DNA of 64,000 nucleotides from a bacterium (lineage in GTDB: Bacteria > Oederibacteriota > PGYV01). Positions within the stretch are counted from its first letter, which is position 1, and each line of letters begins with the position of its first letter. A model generated the notes under the pieces. It saw nothing but the letters and a program-made list of their open reading frames with translations. It was not told the DNA's origin and ran no database searches. This document shows, piece after piece, positions 61,118 through 64,000 of this stretch. A program made the position numbers and the translations under genes. The stretch spans positions 1,693-65,692 of the forward strand of contig JAKQNO010000032.1 of NCBI GenBank assembly GCA_029565735.1, written 5' to 3'.

Positions 61118-61600
61118 TTAGTTTTTTATAAGTTCCAGCACAAAGAAAAAAATCATTATAAAAGTGGCGGAAAGTTTTAAAGCTATGCCCGCGATAAACC
61201 CCACAAAAGTGCCAAAAGAAACCTGTATTGATTTAAACACCTCTTTTCCCGCTGATATTTCGCCTATAAAAGCGCCGATAAAAGCGCCCAACAGCATGCC
61301 GACGGGCGGCAGTATAAAGATGCCGGCTATTGTGCCGGCTGTGGCGCCTATTATGGCGCGTTTGCTTCCGCCGAACTGCTGCGCGCCCATAATTGAGAAA
61401 ACATTATCAAGCACCGAAGAAATAACCGTCAGTATTCCGGCTATAATAAGAAAAGCAATTGAAAATTCGCCGTATTTGGAAAAATGCAGGAATAAAAGGC
61501 CGGCGTATGCCAAAGGGGGCCCTATCAGAACAGGGACCACGCACCCTATAAGCGCCAGCAGCATTAAAACTGAACCCAGAATTACAAATGTAATATCCAT
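61118..61600 (-). CDS. DUF456-family membrane protein
   Basis: GGSKRAIIGATAGTIAGIFILPPVGMLLGAFIGAFIGE pattern. Confidence 0.55.
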   Translation of the reverse strand: MDITFVILGSVLMLLALIGCVVPVLIGPPLAYAGLLFLHFSKYGEFSIAFLIIAGILTVISSVLDNVFSIMGAQQFGGSKRAIIGATAGTIAGIFILPPVGMLLGAFIGAFIGEISAGKEVFKSIQVSFGTFVGFIAGIALKLSATFIMIFFFVLELIKN

Positions 61601-61711
61601 GAAAATATTTTAATTTGTTATGGTAATATTGTAAAGATAATAATGCGCGTATAATTGGAACCGGAAAGACCGGTTAAGCGTCTAATTATTCAAATAAGCG
61701 AAAGGTATAAT

Positions 61712-62953
61712 ATGAAAAAGACAATTTGCATTCTGATGTTTATGTTTATGGTTTTTCCGTCTTTTGCTTCGGCCGATGTGCTTTCGTGGAAACAGTGCGT
61801 TAAAACAGCGCTTTCAAACAGCGGAGATTTGGCCGCTGCCAAAGAAAAGCTGAATAAGGCAATTGCCGCGAAAAACTCCTCCATTTCAAAAGTGCTGCCG
61901 TCCGTCAATGCCGGAGCCGGTTACAGCAGAAACGAGGACAGGGAAGGTTATTCTTACAGCATATCAGGTTCCCAGGTTATATTTCAGGGATTAAGGAATC
62001 TGTTCACCATACTTGCGTCAGACGCGTCACTTATGGCCGCGCGGGCGGAATATGAGCAGGCGTCAGCCCTTGCAAGGCTTAATTTAAGCCTTGCGTATAT
62101 AGAGGTGCAGAAACAGCAGGAATCCGTTGCCACAACGGAAATAATAGCGCAAAGAAGAAAGCAGCAGCTTGAACTTGTGGAGCTGAAATATAAGTCGGGC
62201 AAAGAACACAGGGGCGCGTATTTAAACGCCCAGGCATCCATGGCGCAGGCCGAAGCCGACTTCAGGCAGGCCAAAGAACTTCTGATGCTTGCCAAACTAA
62301 AGCTTGCAAGGCAGATGGGCGCGGAATTAAACACTGATTTTGTGGCTGATAAGCAGGATGAATCCATTGTCGCGGCAGAGGCGCCGGATTTTAAGGCGGA
62401 AGCGATGAACACATATGAAGTGAAAATTTATCAGGCAAACCTTGAAGCCGCGAAGCACAGGGTGATGATTTCAAGGGGCCAGTTTATGCCTTCTGTTTCC
62501 GCTTCCGCAAGCTATGGAAAATCAGGCGATACATGGCTGCCGCAGAATGAAAGCTGGTCGCTTGGCGTGAACATAAGCCTTCCGCTATTGTCGGGAATTG
62601 ACAGGTTTTCAGCGCTGTCGCAGGCGGAATCGGATTTAAAAACCGCGGAAATAGACCTTGCTGACGGAATAAAGGATACGCAGATTAAACTGACGGAAAA
62701 ATTCATAAATCTGAAGTCCGCCGAGGATGATGTAAACGTAAGAAAAAAATCCGCCGCTGCAATTGAAGAACGCGCTCAGATAGCGGACGCGCAGTACGAA
62801 ACCGGCCTTATGGCCTTTGACAACTGGGCTCTTATTCAGGATGACCTTGTAAATTCAAGAAAGTCCGTATTATTAACCGCCGCTTCTTATCAGGCGGCGT
62901 ATTCAAACTGGCTTAATGCTATAGGGAGGACAATGGAAGATGAAGCTGAGTAA
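61712..62953 (+). CDS. TolC-family outer-membrane efflux channel
   Basis: Signal peptide MKKTICILMFMFMVFPSFASA. Two repeated coiled-coil/beta halves. The track start at 61655 precedes the RBS. Confidence 0.7.
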   Translation: MKKTICILMFMFMVFPSFASADVLSWKQCVKTALSNSGDLAAAKEKLNKAIAAKNSSISKVLPSVNAGAGYSRNEDREGYSYSISGSQVIFQGLRNLFTILASDASLMAARAEYEQASALARLNLSLAYIEVQKQQESVATTEIIAQRRKQQLELVELKYKSGKEHRGAYLNAQASMAQAEADFRQAKELLMLAKLKLARQMGAELNTDFVADKQDESIVAAEAPDFKAEAMNTYEVKIYQANLEAAKHRVMISRGQFMPSVSASASYGKSGDTWLPQNESWSLGVNISLPLLSGIDRFSALSQAESDLKTAEIDLADGIKDTQIKLTEKFINLKSAEDDVNVRKKSAAAIEERAQIADAQYETGLMAFDNWALIQDDLVNSRKSVLLTAASYQAAYSNWLNAIGRTMEDEAE

Positions 62954-63911
62954 AAAAGGAAAAATTATCACGGTTGTTCTGATTATAATTGCTGTTGCCG
63001 CTTTTATCGCGGTCAAAAAACCTTTTGGCGGAAAGAAAGGGCCTGAAATGGAAGAGATTTATCCGGAAATAAGGGACATATCAATTGTAATATCCGCCAC
63101 AGGCGCTGTTCAGCCAATGAACAGGCTTGAAATAAAACCGCCTATAGCCGGAAGGATTGAAAAGGTGCTTGTAAAAGAAGGCGATGTTGTTTCAAAGGGC
63201 AGGGTGCTGGCGCTTATGAGTTCTTCTGAAAGGGCGGCGCTTCTGGACGCGGCGCGCGCGCAGGGCGAGGAAAACGTGAAAAAGTGGGAGGAAATTTACA
63301 AACCAATTTCCGTAATCGCGCCTATTAACGGCACGGTGATAGTACGGGGTGCGGAACCCGGCCAGACCGTCGGCGCGGGCGACGCCGTGTTTGTGCTGTC
63401 TGACAGGCTTGTCATTAAAACTTCTGTGGATGAAACCGACGTCGGCAAGGTTAAAGTGGGTCAAAAAGCCGTTATTACCCTTGACGCTTATTCTGACACG
63501 GAAATTCCGGGAAGTGTTTACCATATAAGCTATGAATCCAGCGTCATGAATAATGTATCCATTTACGAAACATTTATAAATCCCGATAAAGTGCCTGATT
63601 TTTTCAGGTCAGGAATGACCGCCAATGTAAGTATAATCAAGGCCGAAAGCAAAGGGGTCCTGTCGCTGCCTGTAAACGCCGTAAGGGCAAAAGACGGCGT
63701 TTCGTTTGTTATGGTAAAAAACGGAGGGGATAAGCCCAAAAGGAAAGAAGTTGTAACAGGCATTGATGACGGTTCTTATGTGGAAATTAAATCCGGGTTG
63801 TCATCCGATGAAGCTGTGCTTACGGTTAAAAACGGCTATACGCTGAATACCGCAAAAAAAAGCAATGCAACCAGCCCTTTTATGCCGGGCCGCCCGGGCG
63901 CAAGGCGCTGA
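62940..63911 (+). CDS. HlyD-family periplasmic adaptor (MacA-like)
   Basis: N-terminal transmembrane anchor, lipoyl/beta-barrel motifs, overlap with the tolC stop. Confidence 0.75.
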   Translation: MKLSKKGKIITVVLIIIAVAAFIAVKKPFGGKKGPEMEEIYPEIRDISIVISATGAVQPMNRLEIKPPIAGRIEKVLVKEGDVVSKGRVLALMSSSERAALLDAARAQGEENVKKWEEIYKPISVIAPINGTVIVRGAEPGQTVGAGDAVFVLSDRLVIKTSVDETDVGKVKVGQKAVITLDAYSDTEIPGSVYHISYESSVMNNVSIYETFINPDKVPDFFRSGMTANVSIIKAESKGVLSLPVNAVRAKDGVSFVMVKNGGDKPKRKEVVTGIDDGSYVEIKSGLSSDEAVLTVKNGYTLNTAKKSNATSPFMPGRPGARR

Positions 63912-63914
63912 AAA

Positions 63915-64000
63915 ATGATATCGGTTAAGGGGCTGTCAAAGATATATAAAACGGGAAAGGTGGAGTATCAGGCCTTAAATGATGTAAGCCTTGAAATAAA
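63915..64000 (+). CDS. ABC transporter ATP-binding protein (MacB-like). The 3' end lies outside the window.
   Basis: MISVKGLSKIYKTGKVEYQALNDVSLEI is a typical ABC N-terminus. Follows the adaptor gene. Confidence 0.5.
   Translation, partial: MISVKGLSKIYKTGKVEYQALNDVSLEI

Overview
This is a 64-kb window of roughly 45% GC. It appears to come from an uncultured, plant-polysaccharide-degrading bacterium, and the phylum guess below is inference only. Gene density is high and most genes lie on the + strand.

Content by region:
(i) 0-6.4 kb: an outer-membrane beta-barrel/TPR protein, a PNPOx-like flavoprotein, a 1438-aa acyl-CoA dehydratase activase-type fusion protein and an RluA-family pseudouridine synthase.
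(ii) 6.6-19.3 kb: a 1249-aa secreted protein with a Thr/Pro linker and a T9SS-type C-terminal domain, an IS110-family transposase, a GH9 cellulase and two tandem LacI-family regulators.
(iii) 19.6-26.2 kb: a complete ATP synthase operon in the N-ATPase gene order atpD-C-Q-R-B-E-F-A-G. It has no delta gene, an Na+-type c subunit and an Arg-bearing AtpR. Both ends of the operon carry arrays of ~40-50 bp direct repeats that end in a shared ~110-bp hairpin module.
(iv) 26.6-40.4 kb: a secreted malectin/CBM9 protein, a PorP/SprF- or FadL-like barrel fused to TPR repeats, an RsbU-RsbV-RsbW partner-switching module, a third LacI paralog and a 2097-aa multi-modular xylanase (GH30-GH43-CBM6-GH10-CBM4_9-malectin-CBM3-CTD). 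AACGTT-centred palindromes sit upstream of the xylanase gene.
(v) 40.4-49.4 kb: an accessory stretch with three type II toxin-antitoxin pairs, several short repeat families (a 26-bp hairpin terminal inverted repeat, a 173-bp inverted-repeat element and TATGGGA microrepeats), and a 2.9-kb segment bracketed by repeats that carries MNT-HEPN plus two nuclease-like genes.
(vi) 49.4-64 kb: housekeeping genes (hppA, ychF, GT2, aspS, phoH, ybeY, corC, tolC, an HlyD adaptor and the start of an ABC ATPase).

No rRNA, tRNA or CRISPR array was recognised.
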